57,443 nt of DNA from Vitrella brassicaformis CCMP3155. Lineage: Eukaryota > Protista > Chromerida. The notes beneath the pieces are model-generated. The model saw nothing but the letters and a program-made list of their open reading frames with translations. It ran no database searches and was not told the origin of the DNA. The translations under genes and the position numbers were made by a program. Each line of letters starts with the position of its first letter. Position 1 is the stretch's first letter. Shown here piece by piece: positions 1-12,500 of this stretch. The stretch is taken from positions 1 to 57,443 of the forward strand of contig CDMY01000526.1 of NCBI GenBank assembly GCA_001179505.1, read 5' to 3'.

Positions 1-270
1 GGGGGGGTTGGGTGTAGTCCGATACACGCTCCCTCATCCGAAAAGGAGGAGAAACAGCCGAGAAATAACCGACTCAATCATTGGGGGCGTATAGTGTCTT
101 CATCTCTGCTAGAACAGATCACCTAGGGAGATAAGATCGCAGGGCTGGGACGTTGACGATGGTCTCCTCCTCCCTTTCGTTTCGCACTCCAACCCTAACA
201 CAAAATCGTCCCGTGTTTTCTTCGTGTTGATTCAAACGTCAAAAAACACGAAAAGCTTCTCGTCATTGAA

Positions 271-1446
271 ATGGCTATCAATCCTGTTCTTGCCCTTGAC
301 CAATTCACACGTGAGCGACCAAAAGACAGATTTGAGGGACGTTGTCACTCACACTATCAGGTCAGTTGTTCCCGCTTGCGGAGCCTGGGGAGGTCTTCTT
401 TCTTCGGAGAGATGGCATACAGTTCAGAGCAGATGTCCCGGGGCCGAGAGGGTAGACTCGCAAACGAATGAGTGACCTTGTTCAACCAAGATGAGATGCG
501 TGGATTTAATGCTGCAGGAAGCAGAAGATGACGGGGAAGGGGGCGTTCTTTCTGACATCGTGAGTGAATGTGCGAACGGCCCTTTCCAAATGGACTGTTT
601 GGTGGTCGCCTCTCTGTGTCCGCCTCTGTAACGCAGGAACCGCGTGGTGTTTTTGAGGGAGGGGCGCGTGCCTGAAGGGGAATGGACTAGCTTCGACATA
701 CCACTGGTAAGCGGTGAATGGATAAAGTGCATGTAGTCGACGTCTGTCGTTTTCCGATGGTGCGTGGGCAGTCGTTGATGCAGAACCCTCATTTCAGGCA
801 GCCCATCTTCGGTGCGAACTACCTGGATGGACACGTTGCACCGGTCAGCCATCTACCTCGTCGTAATGACCCAAGGAGCTCCGATGACTCTTCGTTATGC
901 CTTTCTCCAGAAGGTGACAGCTCCGAATCCGATTGCGGGAACGGCGTATTGGTCACTGACCTTCAATAAAGGTGGGTCGGCGATAACAGATGGATGGAGC
1001 GGGCGGACGGATGTGAGCAAGTGTTGGATGCAGGCGGCTGCGGGACATTCCTTCCGATTTTCTACCGCATCCTTGGGGAGACCAATCAACCCGGAACACG
1101 TAGGCATGTGCAGAGAAGCGAGAAGGGACGAAAGCCGGAGGGCTTCGCTTGCTCATTCCTGTTTGGTCCCTCCCTCTCTCTGTCTTTGTCTGTGTACTTC
1201 AGAATCGCAGTTTATCCAAGGAGCACAAGCCGGCCAGCTGAGTCAGGTACCCATCCATTACTGTCCAGCCCACTCTGCTGTCCAGCGCATTTTGACGCAT
1301 CTGTCCGTACGTGTGCCTGTGTCTTTTAGATGGCCTACGTGGATCCAAACGACCCATCAGTGCTGTACATCACACAGCCTCAGCCGATCCCGCAACAGGC
1401 AATGATGGGATACCAAGGGACAGCGACAGCGCCGCCGCCTCCATAG
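271..1446 (+). CDS. WBP2: WW-domain-binding protein 2-like (GRAM/PH-like) protein, about 8 exons
   Basis: Manual GT-AG splicing gives MAINPVLALDQFT|RQLFPLAEPGEVFFLRRDGIQFRADVPGPRG|KQKMTGKGAFFLTS|NRVVFL...SFDIPL|SLMQNPHFRQPIFGANYLDGHVAP|...AGTAYWSLTFNKG|GCGTFLPIFYR...|AYVDPNDPSVLYITQP...PPPP*. The QPIFGANY, LTFxxGG and AYVDPNDP motifs match WBP2-family proteins as I recall them. Confidence 0.8.
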
Positions 1447-1668
1447 CTGTATTGACATGTGTCGTGAGGCGAGTGCTTGTATTGATATTCGTTGACATGT
1501 GTACATACATGATGACCTTGCTGACCATTCCCGTGCCGGCAAGACACAATGCAACTACCCGGGAACACATGCCATGCATCTGTACACTCCCTTCTCGGCA
1601 ACTCGCTTCTCTCTCGCAACACATGCCTCGGACACCAATAAAGACCTCAACTGGACCAAGGCGTAAAG

Positions 1669-4161
1669 TCAATCGATAAAGATATTCGCAAAGTGAATCG
1701 TGCCGAATTTTTGCATCTCATCTGCAATGCAAACACACGCGCATAAAAGCGAGGCAGTGGTGTACTTGATGCACCGGAGGCGCGTGCTACCTTGTGCCTT
1801 CGTGAAGGACAGGTTGGAGCCGTCAAGGGCGACAAAGAACTCCCTGCATGCATCACATCATCCATGGGCAGCACAAAGTATTCCTTTCGATATGGTCTCC
1901 AACTGAGAGCGTGATCTGACCTGTCGAGAGTGTTCTTGCCGCCAATCCAGCCGCTTCCTGATGATTTGAGCAGTATCTCACGACATTCCCTGAAGAAGTG
2001 TGAATGTACACGAAGGCAGTAGCAACCTCATCGCCACCCGAGGCTGCTTACGGGTCGGTGTCGGTGAATACTGCATGCATGTTCTGCACCACGTGGCTCT
2101 CATGGGGCAGCAGAGACGAAGAGCACTTCTCTTTCCCACTTGCAGTCGCACGGTTCGACCTGACCCGACTCACAGCACACAAGCTGTGCTGCGTTCGAAT
2201 CCTCCCGATTCCCATGCGCCTCACTTTCTCACTGCATGATTCGCAGCATTGAAGTACACAAAACGATACGAATCTTCTTGGCTGCACAAACAAACACTCG
2301 AGCGCACAAAATGTCGCTCGCTTACGTCCCTCCCTCCCATCCTCCCGTCTCCGCACGACAACAATTTGCGGGTACCTACCTCATGATGCGAGTGAATTGC
2401 TCGTGTACGGATGGGAGGAGATCTTTGAGCCCCCCCGGTGAATAGACGGCCGCCTCGTGCAGCGCTGGCACTTCACCAGGGTCGAACGCCAGCCGGGCTC
2501 TCCGATCGACACTGTCCCCCTCAAGCCCGCCGTGGAGCACCATCACAAGCATGATGCCCTGGTACTGAGTGCAGACAACACAATGACCCAAAGTGACGGA
2601 GCGGATCTCCGCGTGCATCGTGCATGCCGACCAGAAAGGCTAGTAGCTGCCCGGTTGATCCATTGTGAAGAGCAATGGGTGGCACAAACATCGAGGACGC
2701 CCCAGAGCCGGTAGGCACGCTGATGAGAAAAGCAAGCACACATCAACAGGCAAGCCACAAGCCATCGGCGCTTGCTCACTTCGACGGCCCGAATATGAAT
2801 CCATCCTCATTCCCTTCGAGCAGCTGTACGCGGCCGAAGCTCGATGACCCTCCACCAGGCTGCAGGGACACACATAAACACACACATACGTGCGTACACA
2901 GATTTGCACAACGTGTCGACATCCTTACCTGCGATGCTGCCGTCGGCATCCGCCCGAAAGGCCGTCGATTGAGCTTGTGATTTGATACGTTGCCGTTAGC
3001 GTAGGACACGAGATAGGAATACAGCAAGCGCATGTCGGCGGGTGGGAGACTGAACGGATGGCACACAAGAGCAACACTGCTTGCCGCCCTTCATGGCTGT
3101 GAATCAATCAATCAATCAATCAGTACTCCTCCCGTACCCGCTGTAGACGAGGTATGCATCATAAAGCAGGGCTGCGTAGCGAATCACGGGAAAGTTCCGC
3201 TGCAAAACGCTCAGAAACGACTGTGAGGAAGAAACCAGAGACAAGCAAACGATCTCTCCGGGCACAAAAAAGTCCTAGTGAGTGACGTTGTGCAGCCACC
3301 TGTATGGCCAAGTAGGTTCCCCTCTCAACTGGACCGAAGTGATAGCCATCCATCTCTGAAGCCGGTGAGTGGCGGCAACACATCACCTGACAAGGTACTT
3401 ACTGCTCACTCACCGTGCAGTATCGTCAGGTCGCTGCAGTCGATAGTGGCAATGTATGCGGGAATGAAGTCCTCAAAAAGGTCACACAGCCTGCTCTTCC
3501 GGTCACAGAATGACCGTATGCGGCCATGGAGAAGTGTGAAGACCTCGTGGCAGTTGCGAAGTAGCTGAGCAGGGCGAGAGGCAAGGAAACAACCCCCACA
3601 TAGATACAAGACCGATGTGCCTTCCTTTCCTGTCCACCCACCGCGAGAAGCACGGTGTCAGATACGTCATCGTCGTCCCAGTCTGTGGCGTCCGCACCGT
3701 CGAGTCCGCTGGTTGTTGAGTGAAGGAGCGCCTGCCATAATGGACAAGCCGGACATGGGCTGGCTTCCTTGCCGGTGTGCGAATGAATAGCTAACCTCAC
3801 CATTGCCATCCAGATGCTGGGTTCACACTCCCTGGCAACGATAAGATGCTGCTGGGTGCGCACTGCCCTGAACGCGGGAGAGCCCTCACTTTCCCTGAAC
3901 ATCCTGCAAGCAAGCAAACAAAATGAGATCATGTTGCTTCACGAGAATCATGCAGGAAGGATGGTGAGGATCCTCTGTGTGACCTGACCTTGTGAAGGAG
4001 ATAAGTCCTTCCACGAGTCCCACTTGCTGCCTCTTTTCCTCCGGGCTGGCGCCTGACGGGTGGTAGTAGATGATCTTGGCATCCTGCACATCCTCCTCTG
4101 TCGGCTTCTTTCGATGCGCCTTCCGGCTGGGATCAAACACCAACACCGAGGCAACGCTCAT
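1669..4161 (-). CDS. CCZ1: Vacuolar fusion protein CCZ1-like (longin domains; MON1-CCZ1 Rab7 GEF subunit), multi-exon
   Basis: The N-terminal exon MSVASVLVFDPSRK...KIIYYHPSGASPEEKRQQVGLVEGLISFTR matches the CCZ1/Intu first longin motif. Internal exons include AVRTQQHLIVARECEPSIWMAMV and NCHEVFTLLHGRIRSF. The C-terminal exons EILLKSSGSGWIGGKNTLDR|EFFVALD...|DEMQKFGTIHFANIFID* match the CCZ1 C-terminus. Confidence 0.8.
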
Positions 4162-4813
4162 TCTTCTCTGTGTGCTGCCGCACGCTCTGCACCTTTCATG
4201 GTTTAGGGCAAAGGAGGCGTAAACGACGAAACATTTTGACTCTGTGTCGCTCCCGCAGTCTCACGCCTGCATCCCTCCCTCCACCACACATGAAACACTC
4301 AGATGAACTGACCTGCCTGGGGCGCTCCCGGCACCTTCGGTGCCCCCCGCCAGGTCAACCAGTACAGAAGACAACTCGCCAGTCAAAAAGCCATCGCTTC
4401 ATTGCAAAAGGCCATACCACTGCAGAGACTCCCACGTCTACTGGTGGAATTTTCGAAAGTTGTGTATGATGAGGCGCAATCGACAGGCTGAGTCAAGGAG
4501 CGTCAGAGATATTCACAGCCATGAACTGAATGTTCTGCCGAGCCAGCCGCATGGCATTTGCCCCCCTTATGTTCGCACATAATGGGGAGAGAGTGAGGGG
4601 GGCGGGTGTGTTTGAGAGAAGAAACCGTCTGAATTGCCCGCATGTCTACGTGTCAAGCCTTTGTATCTCTTGCCGTTGTCTATCTGAGATGACTCAACGA
4701 TATCCACCGCGCAAACACACAAGCACATAAACACACAAACACAGAGACACACACCGCGTAGCCGTCTGTCTCATCGCCTGCCTCATCTCTTCTGCCCTGC
4801 GAAGCCGTATATA

Positions 4814-5770
4814 TCATCCTCGCATCTCTTGTACCCCGCCCGTATCCTCGTAGCCCTCGTAGCCCTCTAAGTGATAGAATGCGTCAAAGTCGTCACCTTT
4901 TCGCTTCCTCCCGATAGCCTCCACAAGGTAGTCCATAATGGCCTGCGGCTCGATCGGTAGCCAGAACATCCGCTCTGGCTCGAAGTAGAGTCTCTTCACC
5001 GTTTCGCGACTGCCATCCACCCACTCTGGGTCGAACCAGGCGATGTTGACCACAAGCCATGACACCCCATCCGTGATGAAGCCGTGCGTCAGCCCGTCAC
5101 CCATCAGCCCCTTCAGAAGCGCCTCTTCCTGCCGCCATCCATTCAGGGGCCCGGGCGTAACGATGATGAACAGGAGCCTCTTGCCTTCGCACTCCAAGAT
5201 CACGTCATGGACCTCCGAGATTGTCGACTTGACGTTCGGGTCGCGAAGGTTGTATGCATCAACGACTCTCCTGATGTGAAGGCCGGTCTTGCGGAGCAGC
5301 GTCAGTAAGGGTGCCACGAGGTTGCCATACAAGTTGGCCGTCAGCGAACGGCACGCACCGCAATAACGCTCGCGGTGTGAAAACTCATAACTGAGGTCTG
5401 AAAAAGAGGCAGATGAAAGTCTCGCATATGACTATCTCATCACGTGTATTTCACCACTCAGCGTCGCCTCGTCCACGACCACTCTGCGGGGCAGGTCGTC
5501 CTGATGCCTCTTCCCTACAGTCTACATACACAGACAGACAATCACAGTCAACACACGACTGTATCTGTGGAAGGTCTGTATCTGCCGCCTTACTGTCGTG
5601 GCATCATCTTCCGCCAGTGCTGCACGACGTCGTAATGGAGCAGATCTCCCTCTCAGTGAAAGCGGTGGAATGAACACGCTGAGACTGGGGATGGCTGCGT
5701 CACGAAGGGCATCGCCTAGCGGAATGGCAGAAAGGACGACCACCGCAACTGCGTGGAGGGAGCTCACCAT
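4814..5770 (-). CDS. Hypothetical protein with a degenerate PD-(D/E)XK / HsdR-N-like nuclease fold and a possible N-terminal targeting leader
   Basis: The large last exon (about 4814-5398) reads ...EVHDVILECEGKRLLFIIVT...Q...THGFITDGVSWLVV, which resembles the D...(E.K)...G[IF][LI]T[ND]G..W pattern. The putative first exon MVSSLHAVAVVVLSAIPLGDA...RGRSAPLRRRAALA is hydrophobic, then R/S-rich. The exon joins are not fully resolved. Confidence 0.45.
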
Positions 5771-6581
5771 CTTGCCTTTGAGCTCACCATTTGACGCCGT
5801 AGAGGCAGTTCAGGGCAACTGGTGGAAATCTGTTTCATTGGCCTTGCCCTACCTCATACTGCTCGTGTGGTGCCTGTAGCTCCATGACAGGAGACACTGA
5901 TGCACTCTCTGTAGGACAGGACAAATCAGCGCGTCACCGTCATGAATGCGTACTGACGGAATTCATGTAGTGAGTACTCGCACTTCTCCATTACAGTCAA
6001 GGATACACACACACTTAGCCATCAGTCAGTCTGTCTGTCTGTCTGTCCATAGGCAAGGCCGTCCCATGCACACAGCAGCAGAACAGGCAGGCAGGGAGTG
6101 TGCACGTACAAACATCTGCATCGACCCGGGCAAGAGAGAGAGAGAGAGAGAGAGGAGCGAACAACGAATTGACATACATACTGCAGAGAGGAGAGTCAGT
6201 CGCCAATCAGTCAGTCAGTCGATGGGTTCAAATCATTCATTCAATCAATCAATCAAAAAAGCCGCCTGCCTGCCTTCCTGCCTGCCTGCCTCCCTGGTGG
6301 CAGGCTGCACTGACTGCATCCCTCCCTTCTCCCATCCATCCACTCGTCCACCCACCCAACCCACCCACCCAACCCCGACTCACCCATCCACTCAGTCACC
6401 TCACCCACCCACACTCGTCACCCACCGCTCGCATAGCCGGGTCCTTTTTCCCCTCTGCCTCCCCTCCCTCCCTCCCTCCTAGTGTCCCTCCCCTCTAGCA
6501 GGCTATCCATGTGCGCCGATGCGCAGAGAGTCCACCGCATGCCATGCGAGCACTCCCTGAGTGAGTGAGTGAAGGGGTCGG

Positions 6582-9500
6582 TCAGGCCTCGTCTTGAGGG
6601 TTGGCATGAGCAGCCGCATGCTTCTCATCCTCTTCCTGCCGACACACACAGACAGACAGACAGATAGACAGGCAAATCACATACATACGCCCACACATTC
6701 CGTCATCTGCCTATGCGTGAGTGTGTACGTCAGAGCGTGAGAAGTCTTCCGGCGTCTGTATGGCGATGTCGGCCTTGGTGCTGTCTCCCTTGTTGGCCTT
6801 CCGCTGGTCGCCCTTGGCCGCACTGCTGCTGTCGCTCTTGGTCGACCCCTGCTGCTGCTGGGGGCACGCTGACGCCTTGTCCTGATCAGATAGATAGATG
6901 AGCCACACCAACACGTTTCCTCACGTATGGGCCAATGCATTCATTGGTGTGGGTGGATGGGTACGGATACGATGCGGTGCATGGGCGTTTGTTTACCTAC
7001 CTTGGCTGCTGGCAGTGTCTGAAGTGTTTCGATCGTCTGCGTTTGCTTGTTGTCGGTCAGCTTGGCCTGCAAACCGTACGTAGGTAGAGATGGATGAGCA
7101 TCAAATGGGTGCGGTGCAAACAGACGAGTGACTATAGGGTCCGTGCCGCATATATATAAATACCTTTCTGTCTCTATTCTTGCTGCTGGGTTCTGATGGC
7201 ACGGAGGCGGCGCACTCATCACAGATCTTGAGAAAGGATGCAATGGCGTTCTGGCGGGCCTTGCCACGGCCGTAGCCATGGAAGGCGTCACGAGACGCAG
7301 ACGACTTGTGCAGAATGAACGACTCCAGACCTGCATGCCATGCATGGATGGGCATCAGATACCACATACAGACAGACATGAGCATGCCCCCCGCGCACGC
7401 CACGCCCACGAGCTGCTCACGTTTCAGTTCTTCCTTGGTCTTGGCACGGTCGCACCGCCATCTGCATTGCATCAGCCAAGAGCAGCACGTGCAGACAGAC
7501 AGACAAACTGTGTGCTCGTCTGTCGGTCGCATGTTCAGCGCTGCGCCCACCTGAAGAGTGCCTGCGCTGCCTTCAGGCGCTCCGCAGTGGGCTGAGAGAG
7601 AGGTCAGGCATGCATGCAGGGTACGCAAGAGCATTTAGATTCTCCAATCAATGTGCCTGCCCCTTTTGTGTTGTGTTGTGGGTGGGTGGGAGGAGGATAT
7701 TAATTACCTGCTGGAGCAGGACGTGAAGCACTGAGATGTTCTCCTGCACAGACAGCCACAGAAGGAAGGCCCATTCATTGAGTTGAGAGAGAGAGAGACA
7801 GACAGACCAGATCAGCAACATAACATGCGTGAAGGAATCGATCGATGGCATGTAGCGTAAGGCGCGTACGCACCGCACCTGTTTGGTTTTGTATTCGACC
7901 TTGCCGCCCAGTTCGCACATTTTGAGGAGCACAGTGGCGAGCTTGTCGCCCTGGTGCTCCTTGCCTACACACGTGCACCATGCATACGCTCGTCATATAC
8001 CCACTCAACGTGTATGTGCACGGTGTGTGCAGTGCTCACCTGTGGCAGCGACCATGAGAGGCGTGTAGCCGTTGTGCTCCAGGGGACTGTTGACGTTCGC
8101 ACCCTTGCCCTGCAAATGTGTTCACGCAAGTGCACCAACGTCAATCAGCGCGTGGCCCACACGTACCGTAGCGAATTCGATCATTTCGACGTCTCCCTCG
8201 GCCGCCAGTGCGTGCAGGGGCGTCTTGGACAAATCCAGCTCGCTCAGCTGGCGATCCGTCAGCGAACTGCAGTGCATCGCATCCACACGACGCGCGCACA
8301 TGCACGTTGTTTCGTGCGATGGATGTGGCGACAGACATACAGACAGACATACAGACATACAGACATACCTGATGACGACTTTGCCGGTGGCCCCGTCCCC
8401 TCGGGAGAGAATGGACGAACTGCAGAAGATGGATGCGCCAAGTGCACACATACAAATGCAGACAATACTACCCAGCACACAAGGCATCTGTCTGTCTGTC
8501 TTTCCGGTTCTTACAGCGCTTCTGAGGGCGACAGGCGCGTGAGCAGCAGGCGGATCACCAACCTGTGACACACAAACGAATGTGCCGCGTGTGTAGGCAC
8601 CGGATGGATCGATGGATGGATGGATCGTCGTGCACGCACGCACGCACCCCATGGCGTTGTTGGCCTGTGCGGCTTTCTCGAGCAGCTGTATGCTGCTCTC
8701 GTCTGGGTTGGCTTGGAGCAACAGCAGAGTCAGCGGCTCGTTACCCTAATTGGAGACACAAACAAACGGGTGGACCCACAAATGTACTCGTCTGTCTGTC
8801 TGTCTGTCTCATTTCTTTCGTCAGTGAGTGTACGTACCATTTCTATGGCTGCTTCCACCACACTGACGTTGGCCATCGGACGACCCACACGCTTGCGCTG
8901 CACACACACGGACGGACGGACACAGAAGGTGGGCGGTAGTGACAGTGACGAGACGCCTTGGTGCATACGAAAATGTATGTATACCTTAAAATACCATCCG
9001 CTGTGAGCGGTGCAGTGCACGCGCATCTTGTCCAACATCCTGAACGAACATATTCATTCATCCACACGTAAGCAGACAGGCAAGTGCATGTCGATCGGTC
9101 GGTCTTTGCCCTTCTTTGTTGGTGTATGCGGTGAGTGAAGTGGGTGTGTATGTAAGTGCACGGACGGACCATTCGACGACTTCTAGGTGTTCGCTGAGTA
9201 CGGCTGCGACGAATGGGTGGATGCCCGGCCCCCCAGCCCCACTTTGACCCTTGGCCAACACGTCAATCTCGCCCATCGTCGTGTCTGCATTCATACACGC
9301 ATCGACGGACGGATGGAAGGACGGACGGATGGCTGTAATACTCATGTGCTCCCGTGTTTGTGGACCTACCTAGGTTGTCTTCCCACTCCTGTGAGTGCTC
9401 TTCGACGCACCTACAGTCAGTGATTCATGCAAGAATACAGCTCTGTGGCGCATTTCCGTACTCACCAGAAGAATCGGTCGAACACGGCTCTGGCAGTGGT

Positions 9501-12500
9501 GCAGAGGGCGCTGTCCACCTCACTCCAATCTGCACAAACAAACATGCATGCCATATATCACATCAGCAAGCATGATGGATGGCGCCAACAGTGTACGTAC
9601 ACTGCTTTGTAGTGTATATGGATGCATGTGTGTGTCTGTGTGCATGTGTACGTGTACCGCTGTCCGTCTCGTCCGCAGGCTCGTTGGTCAAGGCTGCAAC
9701 GCACAGACACACCAACACACAATCAGAGACAGACACACATACACACACGGGCAGGCAAACGGTGGGTTGGTGGGTGGAGATGGATACATGTATGGCATGC
9801 ATATGTGTGTAGTGAGTGAGTGGAGTGGAGTGGAGTGGAATCAATCCAATCAGTCGGGGAAAGACCCATCACATAAGGATGCGATGCAAGCAACTTATCA
9901 GTGGTAGTGACAAGTTTGGGAACGTCTTATAACCAATCATCATCATCACGGACCGACCTGCCGCGGGTGTACGTACTGTGTCTGTCAGTCCCCCCACCCA
10001 CCGTATCTGACGATCTTGGGGGCGGTGCACACTGTCAGGGCCACAATCAGCGGCGCGCGCGAAGGCGTGAACGTCCTGGACAATGAATAATGCATGGAGA
10101 CACCACCAACCACACACATCCATGCGAATGAGAGAGTCCCTGTCTGTCTGTCTGTCTGTCTGTGAGTGCAGTGTCTGTCTGTCGGTCAGAGTGCATCCAT
10201 CCATCCATCCCTACCCGACGCACGCGACGCCCGTCTTCTCCCACACGACTGAGGGCACCCACGAGGACCGACCAGACCGGAAGAATATGGCGAACTTCCA
10301 ACCTGCCGCACACACCACACCCAGCCGTACGTACGTACCATCGATGATGGATGCTTCCTGCCATGAGTGAGTCCCGAATGTGCGTGCGTGTTTGTACGCT
10401 CTTCCCTGCCCACCGTTGGCTTGTTTCTGGTATCCCGGCCAGTCGCCTTCGCTCTCACTCGAGAAGGTGCTCGTGTCCAGCGGGTCCCTACAGCACACGC
10501 ACAAGGGAGGAAAGACAAGTTAGTTTGGTCGGTGTGGAATTCTCTCTCTGTGTATGTACTTGGACTTGATGAGTTCGAGCATTCGTCTGTCGACGCGGGA
10601 CATCTTGGCCATCGAACGCCTGCACACACACAGATGGTAGTAATTTGTTTCCGGGCGAAGGAGTTGACGAGTGCGTCAGGTGTATGTCTTTGTTTACTTG
10701 ACCCCGCCCATCAGGCGCTGTGTGCGCTTCCTGCGGAGACGCTCCAATCGCTGACCGACAGACAACACAGACAGACAGACAGACAGGGACATAGATACCA
10801 TCCATCTCTGCCACCCGTGGTCTTGCAAGCCAAGCCGTTGTGGTGTGTACCTGTGCTTTCCGCGTGGCATCGTCGACCAACAGAGGCGCCTGTGATTGGA
10901 CGTGACGCACCCACAACAAACACGTGCATTTAGCAACCCCCATAACACGGATGTATTGATTTAGCTACCTGTCTGAGCATCCATTTCTCGTCCTCTGTGG
11001 TGACAATCAGCTCCTCTTCCTCCTGGGCACCATTGTTATTGTTGCTGGCAGTGTTGGTGGCGCTGTTGGTCGCAGGCTGGGGAGCGAGGGCGTCCTGACA
11101 TTCCCATGCATCACAAGGGGCCAACAAACGAATTCATGTGCCAGTCAGGTATGGGGTATGGATACGCATGTGTGTGAGGGAGTGATTGGGAGTGAAGCCA
11201 CGCACCGCACCTGCTGGTCTTTCTGCTTGTTGTTGGCTGCCGAGGTGGGCTTGTCGTCCTTGTTGCTGCTCGATGCCTGCGTGAGATCATTCATATACAT
11301 GGGTGACATGAGGTGCATGAGGTGCATCCATCCAGTGTCAGTCCAGTCACCTTGCCCAAGTCGTCCTTGTCAGGGGCGGCCGGTGGCAGTGCCTCGTTGA
11401 CAGACGTGCTGCAGGACGGACGCACAGATTGAAGGAAGCAGCCAAGCAACTTATGTGTCAATCATGCGTCATTCATTGTCTGCCTCCGATACTTATTTAC
11501 CTCTTTTGTGGCATGTATGGCAGCTGGCCCGTGTCATGGGTCACCTTCCACTCACCCTAGCCAACACACACACACACACACGTGGCGTGGCACCGATTGG
11601 TCGCTGTCTACATAGTAAGTATGTGTCTCCGCACGCACCTGGTGCCATCTGGCGGTGACCTCTCGTCTGAACTCGTGCATGTCGTCGAATGAGGGCAGCA
11701 AAGGAGGCAGAGACGACGAGCGGACGTGAGAAGGCGGGGGCAACTGACGGACAAACAGACAGACAGAGAACACATGACCCGAGCGCATGGATGTTCTGTG
11801 CTTGTGGGCATAGCAAAGTGGCATGTGTGTGGTGGTTCGGCATCAATCAGTACTGTACCTCCTCCCCGTCAGCGTCTGTGGCTCGTTTCGACCGAAACCG
11901 ATCCAACATGGGTATGTGGGCAAGGGTTGACAACACCTGCAGTGCACACACAGAGGGACGCACGGGCTTAGAGTGCTCACTTTGGTTGGTGTGGATTGTA
12001 TTGTATAGGAACGTACGTAGTGGTCGATGAGGTGCGTCATGTTGGCCATGGAGAGGGGCAAGGCAACGGGCACGTTCAGATCACCTGATGAATGGACGTG
12101 CGCACATTTATATATACAGTGTGCGCATCCACGGGTACGTCTGTGTCTGGAGGGGTGTGTGTGGGTGTATGTGTACCTTCTCCCACATGAGAGCCTCTCG
12201 CGGGCACAGACGCCGAACGGAGCGCAGCACTGCACACACACACGCGCAGACGCACATCCATCCATCCATCCATGCATGCAGACGTACCCGTCTTCTCTGT
12301 CTGCGGGGACGACAAAGGTGGCCACTTCGATGGATGTCTCCTGCTGCTGCTGTTGCTGCTCTTGGACGTGCGAGCACGGCCGCTGGCCACTGCTGCTGCC
12401 ACTGCCACTGCTGGGGACGGCGGCCTGCACTCACGAGTGCACGCAGAGGGACGACACCACAGCCATTTCTGACACGGAGGATTTTATTATTCCGCTTGTG

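Noticed and set aside
5946-6498. ORFs of 178 and 132 aa between genes
   Set aside because: They consist of microsatellite translations (AG, TCAG, CAAT, CCAC, CCTG repeats) with no domain-like content.
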